The notes: generated from the sequence alone by a model not told the origin. A stretch of DNA of 64,000 bases from Macrostomum lignano (GCA_002269645.1 NIVC01002697.1:85072-149071), one strand, 5' to 3'. Positions 1 to 47,590 are shown, numbered from the stretch's first letter. Numbers and translations: made by a program.

Positions 1-7
1 GCTCGAC

Positions 8-2362
8 TTGTCGCAGGCGTACATGCAGCTGCCACTCGATGAGGCCTCCCAGGAAGTCTGCACGATCAATACGCACAAAGGGCTGCTTCGGTACACGCGG
101 CTGCCCTTCGGTGTCTCGCCAGCGGTCGGGATTTTTCAGCGCCGGATGGACTGCTTGCTGCAAGGAATCACCAGCACCGCCTGCTTCATCGATGACCTCA
201 TCATCACCGGGAAGGACGACAGCAGTCATCTGAACTCCCTGGAGCAGGTTCTGGAGAAGCTGAGCCAGAGTGGCCTCCGGTGCAAACTGGAGAAGTGCCA
301 GTTCATGCAGACGAGCATCAGTTATCTCGGTCACCGCATCGATGCCGACGGCCTGCACCCGATCAAAGACAAGGTCGAGGCAATTGTCAGCGCTCCAGCT
401 CCCAAGGACGCAACTCAGCTGCGCAGCTTCCTAGGCATGGTGAACTACTATGGCAAGTTCCTGCCTAATTTGTCTCAAGTCCTGGCACCGCTGCACCTGC
501 TGCTGCGCGAGCAACACCGCTGTAACTGGGGCGCTGCTCAGAACGCCGCTTTCGAGAAGTGCAAGGCCCTGCTGTCTTCGCCTCCGGTATTGGCGCACTT
601 TGACCCGAGCGAAGACCTGCTGCTCGAGTGCGACGCGTCCCCTTACGGTCTGGGCGCGGTCATCAGCCACAGGATCGATGGAGCTGTCCGGCCTGTGGCC
701 TTTGCCTCGCGTACGTTGCACGACGCTGAGAAAAACTACTCGCAGCTCGAGAAGGAAGCCCTCGCTGTAGTGTTTGCGGTCAAGAAGTTCAACGCGTACC
801 TGTTCGGCCGCCCATTTCTGCTGGTGAGTGACCACAAACCTCTGCTTGGATTGCTTGCTGAGAACAAGGCCGTGCCGGCCCTGGCATCTGGAAGAATTCA
901 GAGGTGGGCTCTGCTGCTGTCTGGCAAAAACTACCGCATGGTTCACCGAGCCGGAGCCTCACTGCTATGCGCCGATGCCCTGAGTCGCCTGCCGCTGCCC
1001 GGCAAGCCGGCGACGGTCCCGAAGCTGGCAGAGCTGGTCATGCTGATGGACCACCTGGACGATGGACCTGTCACGGCAGCTCAGATACGCGGCCTGACTC
1101 GAAGGGACCCCACACTAGCCCGAGCTCTGCACTTCACGCAAATCGGCTGGCCAGAGCGGGTCAGTGACGATCTGCTGCCATACTCCAAGAGAGCGGCTGA
1201 GCTCAGTGTGCAAGACGGCTGCCTCCTGTGGGGCGCTCGAGTGGTGGTCCCGGTTGGAGCGCGAGCTGCACTGCTCCAGGTGCTGCATCAAGGTCATGCG
1301 GGGGCGTCTCGCATGAAGACGTTAGCCCGAGGTTATTTCTGGTGGCCAGGATTAGACTCGGAGATTGAAAACCTGGCCAAGGCCTGCTCCGACTGTCAGG
1401 AGTTGCAGAACGCCCCGGCGCCTTCGCCAATGTTGTCATGGCCGTGGCCTGACCGACCGTGGTCTCGAGTGCGTATCGACTATGCGGGTCCGGTGTCTGG
1501 CAAGATGCTGCTGGTTGTCGTCGATGCCCATTCAAAGTGGCTGGATGTGCATGTGATGACGTCAGCGACCTCAGCTGTCACCATCCAGAAACTCTGCTCC
1601 AGCTTCGCGACGCACGGGTTGCCAGATGTGCTGGTGTCGGACAATGGGCCCAACTTGGTCAGCGAGGAGATGTCCGACTTTCTCCAGAAGAACGGCATTC
1701 AGCACGTGCGCGTTGCTCCCTATCATCCGGCGTCCAAAGGCCTGGCGGAACGAGCTGTCCAGACGCTGAAGCGGTCCCTGGGGAAGCAGCGCGAAGGCTC
1801 CTTGGAGGACAAGGTCGCCCGGTTCCTGCTGAGCTACCGAGTCACTCCGCATGCGACAACTGGTGTGGCTCCCTGCGAACTCCTGATGGGACGGTGCCTG
1901 TGCACGTTGCTAGATCGAGCTCGGCCAGACCTGGGAGCAAGAGTACAGCGTAAGCAAAATCAGCAAAAAGAGCACCACGACTGCAAAGCTCGGTTCCGGA
2001 CCTTCGAGACTGGAGACGCTGTACTGGCCAGAGACTTTGGAGCCAACGGAGGTCAGTGGAAGCCGGCGCGAGTTGTCGGTGCCGCCGGTCCGGCCTCCTA
2101 CCTGTGCGGCTTCGATGGCGACGACCGAGTGGTGCGGCGGCACGTTGACCATGTCCGCGGTGGTCCTGAGCAGCCGCGGCCTACCGGGGCTGGCGTGACA
2201 GACGGTGCTACCGACGCCAAGGCCGCGCCTGAGCCGGAAGCTGCGATGCCGGCCGTGGACGAGCCGCCAAACCTGGCTGCTCCTGGAGACCCTGAGATCG
2301 ACGGGTCTCTGCGCGATTCGTCGCGAGTTCGACGTCCCCCGGAGCGCCTGAGCTACGGGTGA
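8..2362 (+). mobile_element. pol: Ty3/Gypsy LTR retrotransposon pol (RT 3' part, RNase H, integrase), open frame truncated by the window start
   Basis: Frame is open from the window edge (LDLSQAYMQL). RT motifs YTRLPFG and CFIDD; RNase H LECDAS/EKEALA/SDHKPL; integrase HHCC (LHQGHAG...CSDC); D-D-E (IDYAGP, SDNGP, GLAERAV); C-terminal GPASY. No stops over 784 aa. Confidence 0.97.
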
Positions 2363-2608
2363 CGTCATCTGTGAAAGAGACTGTTTTGAATTACTGTAGT
2401 ATTCGGACGTTTAAATTTGGATTTTGAACTTTGTTATGGTTATGGTTTATTTTCCTTTATTCTGGTTGTGTCGTTGCTTTTCTATCTTGCGTTGCGTAGT
2501 TTTGGTGCTGGTTAATTATTATTTATTATTAAGTTATTTATTGAGTTATTGTTCCTCACTAAAATGTGTTGCGCTAATGTATTCTCTTGCGATCCCTGAT
2601 CCCCATGT

Positions 2609-2621
2609 AGATGGGGAGGGA
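2609..2621 (+). other. Polypurine tract of Gypsy element 1
   Basis: AGATGGGGAGGGA about 250 bp after the pol stop, immediately followed by TG (LTR start signature). Confidence 0.8.
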
Positions 2622-3008
2622 TGTGGTAGCGTGGGTCTGTTCAGTGGCTCTGCTCAGTGTAATGTACAGTGCAGGTGTACACCTGCACGCGCGCGTGTGA
2701 TTGGCTGACGCTTTGTCAGACAACCTTTATTGTTGGCCAGCTATATTAAATACAAGCTCTCTGCCTTTGGGGGGGGGGGGTCTTACCCCCGAAGTGGAGT
2801 TTTCACAAACACCCAAAAAACAACACCCCAAAAATAACACACAAAAAACACCCCAAAAAACAGCAACCCAAAAACAACAACCCAAAAACAAAACCCCCAA
2901 AACAACACCCCAAAAACAACACCCCAAAAAACATCCCAAAAACAACACCCCAAAAACAACACCAAAGCAACACCCCAAAAGCAACAACACCGAAGTTTTA
3001 TTGAAACA
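2622..3008 (+). mobile_element. Probable 3' LTR of Gypsy element 1
   Basis: Starts TGTGG right after the PPT. Contains an ATTGG (reverse CCAAT) and a TATATTAAA TATA-like box. Candidate end ...TTGAAACA at 3008. The right boundary is uncertain because the 5' LTR is outside the window. Includes a CA-rich low-complexity expansion at about 2806-2990. Confidence 0.55.
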
Positions 3009-4894
3009 TAACTAATTCTAATGTCTCTTAAAGCGGTGGAAAACATCAAAGTGGCAAGTGACACTTCGAATAGAGCTAAATTGTAATCATTGTCAGCCGG
3101 AAGTGAATCCTCATCTCTCAGCAATGCAGCATGAGAAAATTAAAACTTTCATTTTAGTGTCCCACCCCATTGATTGGCTGGCGAGTTCAGCTGACTGGCA
3201 TATTATCTAGCCTTAATCTTGGAATCCCTGCCCAAGCGAGGCGAGCTCGGCCCTGCGAGACCCCAGCAGTGTGATTGTGTTTGCCGCGGCCCAGCCCTTC
3301 AGCGCCGAATCTCGGCCTCTAAAAAGTGTTTTCTTCGCTAGGAGTCCCAGATGAAGAGGATACCGCTGGCCAGAAGAAGACCGCGGCTCTCCTCCTCTCA
3401 GGGTTTATACTTTACAAAGAGATTGCTTTTTCTCCTAAGAAGCAAATTTGGATCGCCATTAGGCTCAAGCACAGGGCTTGTTAGTCCTCATTAGTATGAG
3501 CGGGGCTCTAACCGCAGTTGCTGGGGCAAGTTATTCTCAGCTCGGAGCAACGAAATCTGAGCTGCCCTCAGCGCAGAAGCAAAACGGATCACTGCCACTT
3601 TCAGTAACTTCTGCTTTTATTCGAAATTCAATGAGAGGCTCCAGAGCTCCGGACTAACAAGCATGGAGTCCGAGGTTTTGCTGCTGCTTCTGCTAAAGCA
3701 GATTTCTCTTCTTCAGAGCTGAGATTAGGAGGGATTCGTGGTAGAGCATGGGGATGTTTTCATAGTGAATCGTTCCGCACACAAAGCAGGGATATTGCGA
3801 ATCCGTGTTCCGCTGATGGCTTAGACCGCCTATCGGGAGCTGAATAGCCTCAGTGGGCTCGAATCTGCACTAAATAGCCATTTAGAAAAAATTCCAATCG
3901 CTTTTCAATGCCCGCTTTCTACATTTGTTCGCAAAAAAGAGACATGTTCTAAAAATGCTACCCATACTACTGTACAAGCAGTAGAACATCCAGGGTATGA
4001 TAAGGGCATTAAATTTTTACTTTTCACTTACGTCGGGAGTTGCAATCAATCAAATAGTCAAAATCAGATCAATCAATCAATTAAATCAAATCAATCAATC
4101 AATCAAATCAAGCAATCAATCAACAAAGTGAAACAGTCTATTTCTTGCCTCAGTTTTGAAGATAATTTAATTTTTCATAAACTCAAAGCCACTAAATAAA
4201 CACCAAGTAAGGCCATAGACATGAATTTTCTGAGACTAACAATAGTACTTTGTACTTTATTTTTGCATATTTAGCTACGTCTTGAGTGTGAGGCGACGAG
4301 CGGAAGCCAAAATTTCAAATTTAAGCTTGATTTTGACAATATTTTATGATTTGTTTTATTTTTTTCTTATTTTACAATATTTACACTTATTGTTTATATT
4401 ATTAATACCAATCGTATATTAATTTTTTATTTATACTCCCACTTTATTATATTTGTAGTTTAAAAAAACTTAATTCAATTTTTTTAATTAAAGCTTTAAA
4501 TTGAATTCTATTGCAAAAATATTAGAGTGAACGGCTAACTAACCAGTTTACCAAGGACTATTAAAGCAAAAAAAACTAGAGTAGAAGGAAAGTAGCAAGG
4601 GTGTGGGATGCGCAGCCCCACTTTGAAAATTAATACGATCGTATATTCGCTTATTTTCTAAGAAATATCCTAAATTTATATTTTGACACCTGAGCAGGGA
4701 AAAGAAAAAATACTAACTAACTATACCAGGAATTATGAGTGTCTGCTCCAGCGATCTCTGCATTTTTATCTTCTTTGTCTCTTTATATGTCCGGCGATGT
4801 ACAAATACCAAATCCTCTAGTACACTACTCGAAAAATTTTGTTAGAGACAATATGACCAAAACGGCTAGTTAATAATGCGAATCGACCTGACGT

Positions 4895-5090
4895 TAAAAT
4901 AAAACACGAAAAATATAAAGAAACTCGTTGTGATCATTGTCTTGAATAGAAAAAATAAAACCCGGAAAATATAAAGAAACTCGTGATAATTTGTCTTGAA
5001 CAGTAAAAATAAAACCTGGAAAATATAAATAAACTCGTTGTGATCATTTGTCTTGAATAGTAAAAATAAAACCCAGAAAATCCAAAAAAC
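4895..5090. repeat. AT-rich tandem repeat, about 59-bp unit, about 3 copies
   Basis: AAAATAAAAC..GAAAATATAAAGAAACTCGT..GAT.AT.TGTCTTGAA recurs three times. Confidence 0.8.
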
Positions 5091-5796
5091 TTCCCTCGCT
5101 TTGTCACTGATAAAAAACGCGGAAAATCTAAAACCCATTTTGTCTCCTTTCTCCTATTTCCTTTTGTCACATGAGTCACATCTGTCACATGAGTCAACAT
5201 TAGTCACAAATCTCTTTACTAATTTATTTGGACTTTCCGATAATAAATTAAAACCAGTCATCAGCCGGTGGGAGCCAAGGGCTGCAGTATCTGCCGCTCA
5301 GTCACCTGATGAGGCGCTTGGGAATTCCAGCTTCCATGCAGCTGACCGCTAAACAGATTGTAAGCCACCTCAATAGGATTGATGAAGCTTAGGGATTCTG
5401 TGCAAAGTCAAGCTGGCAGCGGAAACAGTGGCTGGGATTGCTTTTGAATAGAAATAAAAGGCCAAGAAAAATAGAGAGGAAGCTGAGGGGGGACAGAGGG
5501 CAGGAAAACAGCAGAACGAATTCCTGGCAGCGTTTTGGTTTGGCTCCCCGCTCTGCCGCCTCCCCCAGCAACCTGCGCAGGTGTGAAGTTGGCAGCCTCC
5601 GGCCCTGCCGATTCAATAAGGCGATCCATCAGCCGGCTAAACAGACTTTTCTCTCGGCATATCTTTGCATTTTTACCTTTTTGTAATGTGGAAAAACAAA
5701 GACAGATTGAAAAGAAGGGAAAGTGAAAAGGATTTTAAGTGACTTCGATAATTTTGGGTCAAGTGGCCGGAATGATGGACACGGACAGGTTAAATG

Positions 5797-7140
<1,344 letters not shown>

Positions 7141-7758
7141 TACCGCAGCACGCAGTTCTCTTCCCCTGATCCCAATTCCTAACTCCCCGCCTCCCATTGG
7201 CTCCCGGCAGTCCCAGCCAACAACAGGCAGGCCCGTGCAGGCAGCTCCGCAGCCCCAACGCTCACTACAGGCGCTGTCAAGCCAGAAACAATAAAAACGC
7301 TTGAGGACTTGGCCGGACCCAGCGCGGCAAAAGTCCCAGCAACTGTCAGGCCAGCGGATTGAAAAATTGCCCCCCGCCGCCGGATCATTAGGGGAAGCAG
7401 AAACGCCGCGCAGAGCTGCAGCTGAGAGCGGACTGGTTCTGCTCGGCCACGGCACTCCAAGCCCCGCTTAGCGACTGATATTCGCCCCGATTGCATAAAG
7501 CAACTATACTCAAGCTGCTCACTGAACAAACAGCCAATTAATTCTCGTCTTAATCGGGACTGTTATTTGCCAACTTTGCTCGGACTATATTTGCTTTGAG
7601 TTTCCCCGCATAGAGACAATAAAAGCGCGGAGAGAATCTAGATTCAGGCAAGGCAGAAAGACATGCAAAACTGCTGCGAGTGGCTCGGATCGAACGGCTG
7701 ATGGCTTGAGAAGTGAAACCGTAGAGTCCAGACAGGCCGGCTTCAGAGACTTCAGGAC

Positions 7759-41001
<33,243 letters not shown>

Positions 41002-41244
41002 GTGCTGAGGCCTGCAGTGGGACTAAAAAGAATAAAAATACCGATTCTCTTTCTTACTTTGGACACCTACGGAATCGAGAAAACCCAGGACACAACAGCA
41101 CCCGTAATCCAGTCTCTGTCAAGCCTACCTGGATCCTGATGTTTCATTATGCCTTATTTTAACTACAACCCACTGCACAGCCTATCTCATAATTACAGTA
41201 ACCATGCTAGCCAAACCCGCCTCCTCTCACCTCAAGCCTCGAGT

Positions 41245-41850
41245 TATCTAATTGCCAACCCCACCCCAAGCCCCAAGTTATCTGAAAGCAAACCCCCACT
41301 TCAAGCCCCAAGTTATATAATAGCCAACCCCACCCCAAGCCCCAACTTATCTAATAGCCAACCCCACCCCAAGCCCCAACTTATCTAATAGCCAACCCCC
41401 CACCCCAAGCCCCAACTTATCTAATAGCCAACCCCCCACCCCAAGCCCCAACTTATCTAATAGCCAACCCCCACTTCTAGCCCCAAGTTATCTAATAGCC
41501 AACCCCCACCCCAAGCCGCAAGTTATCTATCTAATAGCCAACCCCCACTCCAAGCCCCAAGATATCTAATAGCCAACCCCCACCCAAGCCGCAAGTTATC
41601 TAATAGCCAACCCCCCACCCCAAGCCCCAACTTATCTAATAGCCAACCCCCACTTCTAGCCCCAAGTTATCTAATAGCCAACCCCCACCCCAAGCCGCAA
41701 GTTATCTATCTAATAGCCAACCCCCACTCCAAGCCCCAAGATATCTAATAGCCAACCCCCACCCAAGCCGCAAGTTATCTAATAGCCAACCCCCACCCCA
41801 AGCCGCAAGTTATCTAATAGCCAACCCCCAATTCAAGCCCTAAGTTATCT
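41245..41850. repeat. About 33-35-bp minisatellite AAGCCCCAACTTATCTAATAGCCAACCCC..
   Basis: Downstream of the neurexin stop. Confidence 0.92.
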
Positions 41851-43141
41851 GACCAACACAAGAGCCCCGTACTGTATCAATAGCCAGTCCTAACACCCAA
41901 GCGACCTTGCATTGCAAGCAAAACCACCAAAAACCAAAGTAAAGCTTGGCTCCTCTGGCAGGCCAAAACCAATTAATTGTTGTGTGCCTCTACTGGCAAA
42001 TTAAATTAACTGTGTTTGCAATGCCTATACCTATTCCAACAACGTTCTCTGCTCAGCACACATGTAAATATTTATCGTATTTTAATACCGAATTGAGAAA
42101 TGCATTTTCAATGTTATCAGTCTCAATTACTCCAAAATTAGCAAAGTCCTTCCTTTGTTGCGCACTGTGGAGTTGCCAGTTCTGTGACTAATAACTATAC
42201 TCGTATAAGACCATTCACGCCCGTCACACAGCAGGTAATTTTAATGTTTAGTTCATTTTTACTATAATTTTGCTTGCTGCACTCCCCGCAAAGTGTTTAT
42301 AGTAATTTGTATAACTTAGTTTTATAAATTGAATTTAGTAACATGAGAGCAAGCAGACCCAGTGCTGATCTGCCATCGCATGTCGTATCTTGCATAATCG
42401 GGGCTGTTCATCTGTAACCTATCAAACTTAATTATTTTATCAAGAAAATAAAAGTTTCACTTCGTCGCAACAACGCCTGGCACAATTTTTTTTAATATTT
42501 CGAAAGCAGCAAAAGGCTCGTGTTTTTATTTGTAGCATCATTTTAACAAATAAAATAAACAGCCTCGGCTTTGGGTACACTGACGCTCCTGGTAACCAGG
42601 TAAGTCTAGATCACAGATACTAGAATAACTAGATGGGCCACTCAGCACATTTGCGTGCCAGCTACTTTCAGTTCAGTAGTAAGTTAAACAGAAGCATTTT
42701 CATGTATTTTTAAAGACAAGCTCATTTATTGGCTCTTACCTCCTCCAAGCTTAAACCCTCAAACTCCAAACAGAACCTCTACGCCTGCCCCGCCGCCCAA
42801 TTTTTATTACCTTCCTCGGCTGTTCCAGCCTAAATCTTCCTTGTACACTTCAGTGGCTAATGTACATTATGACTGAACCAATTAGCAAGCTGTTTACGCT
42901 TGAAAGCTTGGGCTTCTAAACTTATCAAAGTCAGCTGCCTTTATTTTATAAAATAGCTTATGTATTCCTCATTGCTACTGATCTGAAAATAAAAAGCTGT
43001 TTTGCTATGTACGAGCTATATATTTACATATATATTTGCTATGTAGATGCCCATCTAGTTATTCCAGCGTCTATGGTCCAGATAGAAGCAAAAGAAGAAC
43101 TACTAAGAGTAAAGAAAGTGAAAGAATTTCATGCGTTTTTG

Positions 43142-43191
43142 CCATGGACTTCTATACTTAGCATCTAGATGCTAAGTATAGAAGTCCATGG
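43142..43191. repeat. Perfect 50-bp palindrome with no spacer
   Basis: CCATGGACTTCTATACTTAGCATCT followed by AGATGCTAAGTATAGAAGTCCATGG, its exact reverse complement. Confidence 0.97.
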
Positions 43192-43879
43192 TTTTTGCAA
43201 GGCTAAAATAATATTTATATAGCAAGTGGAGCTGTTAGTATCCGTGTGCCAGAGAAAACCTACTCTATACTACCAACGTGAGTAGAGTAAGTAGCAAACA
43301 AACAAACAAAAGTGGTTAACACAATTTACAGAAATTGAAAATTTCAAAGCAAAACAAAAAATAAATATTCTCTCGTATTAACTCGAACGCGTCACCTGAT
43401 TGTCGTAGAATGAGATCGCTGTGATTGAGAAAATTCTATTCAGCACTGTATATGCAAAAAGTTGATATAAATAGTATATTGAAATAGATAGAGATGGAGA
43501 GGCAGAGAGAGGCAGAGGGAAAGGGTCTTAGAGTGAGAGGGGAGGGAGAGGGAGAGGGAGGGAGAGGGAGAGGTAGGGAGAGGGAGGGAGAGGGAGGGAG
43601 AGGGAGGGAGAGGGAGAAGGAGAGGAAGAGGGAGAGGAAGAGGGAGAGGGAGAGGGAGGGAGAGGGAGGGAGAGGGAGGGAGAGAGAGAGAGAGAGAGAG
43701 ACAGACTTTGGTAAACAGATGTGTAGAAAGTTTGAAAGGTACTTAAACAAAAAGATAAATAAAAACAGTTGAAAGGAGAGACACTTACAGAGTTACTTAT
43801 GAGTGGCTCAAAGTTGTTTGCATAGATTTCAGTTGAGTCAATAGAGAGAAAGTACGCAAGCACTTACTAAGGAACTCCG

Positions 43880-44944
43880 CTACCTGTCGCAGCAGCCGCG
43901 CCGGCCGCATCGACACCAGAATTTCTTAGAAAACACAGCATCGCGGATGCTCTTATTGAATGCCAGGGTGATGCAGGGCACCGCTGAGCAGTTCAGGAAG
44001 AACAAATAGTACACAGTGATCTCCAGGTGAGCGAAGCCGAAGTTGTCCAGCAGGACAGGCAGCAGGCAGATGAACTGGACGGCGTTGCCAACCACCAGGG
44101 ACAGCAGCGGCTTGGCCATCTGGTCCATCGTCGCCTGTCGCCGGCTGGCGTCCGCGTAGGCCGCGGCGCTGCTGTAGGAGCTGACTGTGCGCGACCGGCC
44201 GCGCTTGACCATCAACAGGCCGGTGCCGATGTAGCAGCCGAGCGACAGGGCGTAGTAGAGAGCGGCCAGCACGGCCTTCGTCAGGGTGTTGACTCGGCGG
44301 TGGACGCTCAGCATGGCGCAGGCCTGCTGGTCGGTCATGCCGGGCGAGGCCAAGCTGACGAACAGCCAGATGTGCAGGCTGAACTCGGCTGCCGCGGTCA
44401 CCAGGAGGCTGGCAGCGGTGACGCAGTGCAGCAGCCGGACCGACCAGCGCTTGCTGACGGGGGCTGCGATGGCCAGCAGGCGGTCCAGCGCCAGCAGGCT
44501 GTAGGCGCTGACCTCGTTGCCGATGCACACGTCTCGCAGGCTGATGAGCAGCTTGGTAGCCGAGTAGGACCGGCTCAGGTAGATGTTCTCATCCTCTGAG
44601 GCCAGGCTGGGCGACACCAGCGTGCCGTTGTTGACGCGGTTGTGGTAGCCGACGCCCAGCACGAACAGCAGCGAGAACAGCAGGACGGCGGCGATCAGCT
44701 CGTAGCAGCACAGCAGCAGCGTCAGGTAGCGGAAGGTGCGCCTGTTGATTGTCACGTGACCGCCTAGGATGGCGCTGACAATGGCCGAGTTGCCAACGAG
44801 GGCGATGAGGCAGACGACTGAGTAGATGATGAAGAAGTGCACGCCAGTAGCCAGCCGGGGCTCGTAGTCCTCCTCGTAGTGCGGGCAGCGGAAGGCCGGA
44901 GGTGTGGAGGCTGCGGCGGAGATCGTGGCGCTGCTGGGGTCCAT
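43880..44944 (-). CDS. Intronless divergent rhodopsin-like (class A) 7TM receptor, 354 aa
   Basis: About seven hydrophobic segments; TM1 LVGN; TM3 LLALDRLLAI; helix-8-like FNKSIRDAV; Cys-rich C-tail; GC-rich coding-like composition. Confidence 0.8.
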   Translation of the reverse strand: MDPSSATISAAASTPPAFRCPHYEEDYEPRLATGVHFFIIYSVVCLIALVGNSAIVSAILGGHVTINRRTFRYLTLLLCCYELIAAVLLFSLLFVLGVGYHNRVNNGTLVSPSLASEDENIYLSRSYSATKLLISLRDVCIGNEVSAYSLLALDRLLAIAAPVSKRWSVRLLHCVTAASLLVTAAAEFSLHIWLFVSLASPGMTDQQACAMLSVHRRVNTLTKAVLAALYYALSLGCYIGTGLLMVKRGRSRTVSSYSSAAAYADASRRQATMDQMAKPLLSLVVGNAVQFICLLPVLLDNFGFAHLEITVYYLFFLNCSAVPCITLAFNKSIRDAVFSKKFWCRCGRRGCCDR

Positions 44945-45264
44945 CTGGCCCAGCGATTCGGCTTAAGGAAATCAGAAACTACAATTTTCAAGGCCATCGT
45001 AGGTTGAATATGCGTAGAGGTGTGCAACGCCTCTGAGAGATCGGAGTAGCAAAACATTCTGTTCTTTTTTTGCATTTTCAACACAAAATGGCTCGCGGTG
45101 TAGTGTGTGCGTTGAATCGAATGCACACATTCTCAATTCCCAACCTGGGGTTCTTTCGCACTTACTCGTATCTCCCTTTCATAATGTTCCTCTCCATCTC
45201 TTTAACTCTCTTCTTCTTATTGTTTATCTCACTCCCCACATCTATCTTTCTAGCCTTTCTCCGC

Positions 45265-46290
45265 CTCTCAGTCTCTCTCAGTCTCTCAGTCTCTCTCAGT
45301 CTCTCTCAGTCTCTCAGTCTCTCTCAGTCTCTCTCAGTCTCTCTCAGTCTCTCAGTCTCTCTCAGTCTCTCAGTCTCTCTCAGTCTCTCAGTCTCTCGCA
45401 GTCTCTCTCAGTCTCTCAGTCTCTCGCAGTCTCTCTCAGTCTCTCAGTCTCTCAGTCTCTCTCAGTCTCTCTCAGTCTCTCAGTCTCTCTCAGTCTCTAT
45501 AAATCTCTCTCAGTCTCTCAGTCTCTCTCAGTCTCACTCAGTCTCTCTCAGTCTCTCAGTCTCTCAGTCTCTCTCAGTCTCTCAGTCTCTAGCAGTCTCT
45601 CTCAGTCTCTAGCAGTCTCTCTCAGTCTCTCAGTCTCTAGCAGTCTCTCTCAGTCTCTCGCAGTCTCTCTCAGTCTCTCAGTCTCTCAGTCTCTCAGTCT
45701 CTCCCAGTCTCTCTCAGTCTCTCAGTCTCTCTCAGTCTCTCGCAGTCTCTCTCAGTCTCTCGCAGTCTCTCTCAGTCTCTCAGTCTCTCGCAGTCTCTCT
45801 CAGTCTCTCAGTCTCTCTCAGTCTCTCAGTCTCTCAGTCTCTCAGTCTCTCAGTCTCTCTCAGTCTCTCTCAGTCTCTCAGTCTCTCAGTCTCTCGCAGT
45901 CTCTCTCAGTCTCTCTCAGTCTCTCAGTCTCTCAGTCTCTTGCAGTCTCTCTCAGTCTCTCTCAGTCTCTCTCAGTCTCTAGCAGTCTCTCTCAGTCTCT
46001 CTCAGTCTCTCTCAGTCTCTCAGTCTCTCAGTCTCTCGCAGTCTCTCTCAGTCTCACTCAGTCTCTCTCAGTCTCTCTCAGTCTCTAGCAGTCTCTCTCA
46101 GTCTCTCTCAGTCTCTCTCAGTCTCTCAGTCTCTCAGTCTCTCGCAGTCTCTCTCAGTCTCACTCAGTCTCTCTCAGTCTCTCTCAGTCTCACTCAGTCT
46201 CACTCAGTCTCACTCAATCTCTCTCAGTCTGTCTCAGTCTCTCTCAGTCTCTCTCAGTCTCTCTCAGTATTTCAGTCTCTTTCAGTCTGT
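45265..46290. repeat. CAGTCTCT(CT) 8-10-bp repeat
   Basis: Directly visible. Confidence 0.96.
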
Positions 46291-46879
46291 CTCCGCTGGC
46301 AGTCATAAACCTGAGCATTTTGTCAAACCGGATGAGACCGGACAGAATAAGGCGCTCACTGTTGCTGGTATTTTGCCAGCCAGTTAACGAGAGCACTCCT
46401 TCAGCACTGCTGAGTTTCCTTTAAGCAAACAGGCCGCCTTCGGCACGGTAAGTTTGCTTGCTAACAAAAAGCAGAAGATCTAAGCTAGGATTCTCGCTAA
46501 TTGTTTGGTGCGAGCTAGTGTGGAATTTCAGTTTTTTCTAAAAAAATTAATGATGCGAAGGTTACGATCGATTGTGTCGATTGTGTGATTGAATATTTGA
46601 ATAGATCATCCCATGCTGTCAGCCTCACTGAATGTCAGTATATGGGCAAACAATCAAAACGTGATACATGTAAAAAGGTGACACAGTTACCAGTCAGCAT
46701 TTGGGACGTTGAAGAAAATGTTGGGAAAATAATTGGCAGAAATACTGTAGCTCGTATGGAATCAAACTAGCTGCAAGAAATGCTTGATGGGGCAATGCTT
46801 GGGTTGAGAAGAGACAGACAAATGGAGATATTAGAGAAAATGAGAAGAGGGAGATTAAGAAAAGGGGAAATGGAGGAGA

Positions 46880-47590
46880 GGGGAGTGAGAGAGGGGAGGA
46901 AGAGAAGAGGAGAGGGAGAGAAGACTGGAGGGAGAGAAGACAAGAGGGAGAGAAGACAAGAGGGAGAGAAGACAAGAGGGAGAGAAGACAAGAGGGAGAG
47001 AAGACAAGAGGGAGAGAAGACGGGAGGGAGAGAAGACGGGAGGGAGAGAAGAGGGGAGGGAGAGAAGAGGGGAGGGAGAGAAGAGGGGAGGGAGAGAAGA
47101 CGGGAGGGAGAGAAGACGGGAGGGAGAGAAGACTGGAGGGAGAGAAGAGGGGAGGGAGAGAAGACGGGAGGGAGAGAAGAGGGGAGGGAGAGAAGAGGGG
47201 AGGGAGAGAAGACAAGAGGGAGAGAATACAAGAGGGAGAGAAGACAAGAGGGAGAGAAGACGGGAGGGAGAGAAGAGGGGAGGGAGAGAAGACAAGAGGG
47301 AGGGAAGACAAGAGGGAGAGAAGACAAGAGGGAGAGAAGACAAGAGGGAGAGAAGACAAGAGGGAGAGAAGAGGGGAGGGAGAGAAGACAAGAGGGAGGG
47401 AAGACAAGAGGGAGAGAAGACAAGAGGGAGAGAAGACAAGAGGGAGAGAAGAGGGGAGGGAGAGAAGACGGGAGGGAGAGAAGAGGGGAGGGAGAGAAGA
47501 GGGGAGGGAGAGAAGAGGGGAGGGAGAGAAGACAAGAGGGAGAGAAGACAAGAGGGAGAGAAGACGGGAGGGAGAGAAGACAGAGATGGA
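46880..47590. repeat. Purine-rich 16-bp repeat GGGAGAGAAGACAAGA and variants
   Basis: Directly visible. Confidence 0.94.

Noticed and set aside
5166-5206. Two AP-1 (TGAGTCA) sites
   Set aside because: They arise from a short local duplication; no independent evidence of function.
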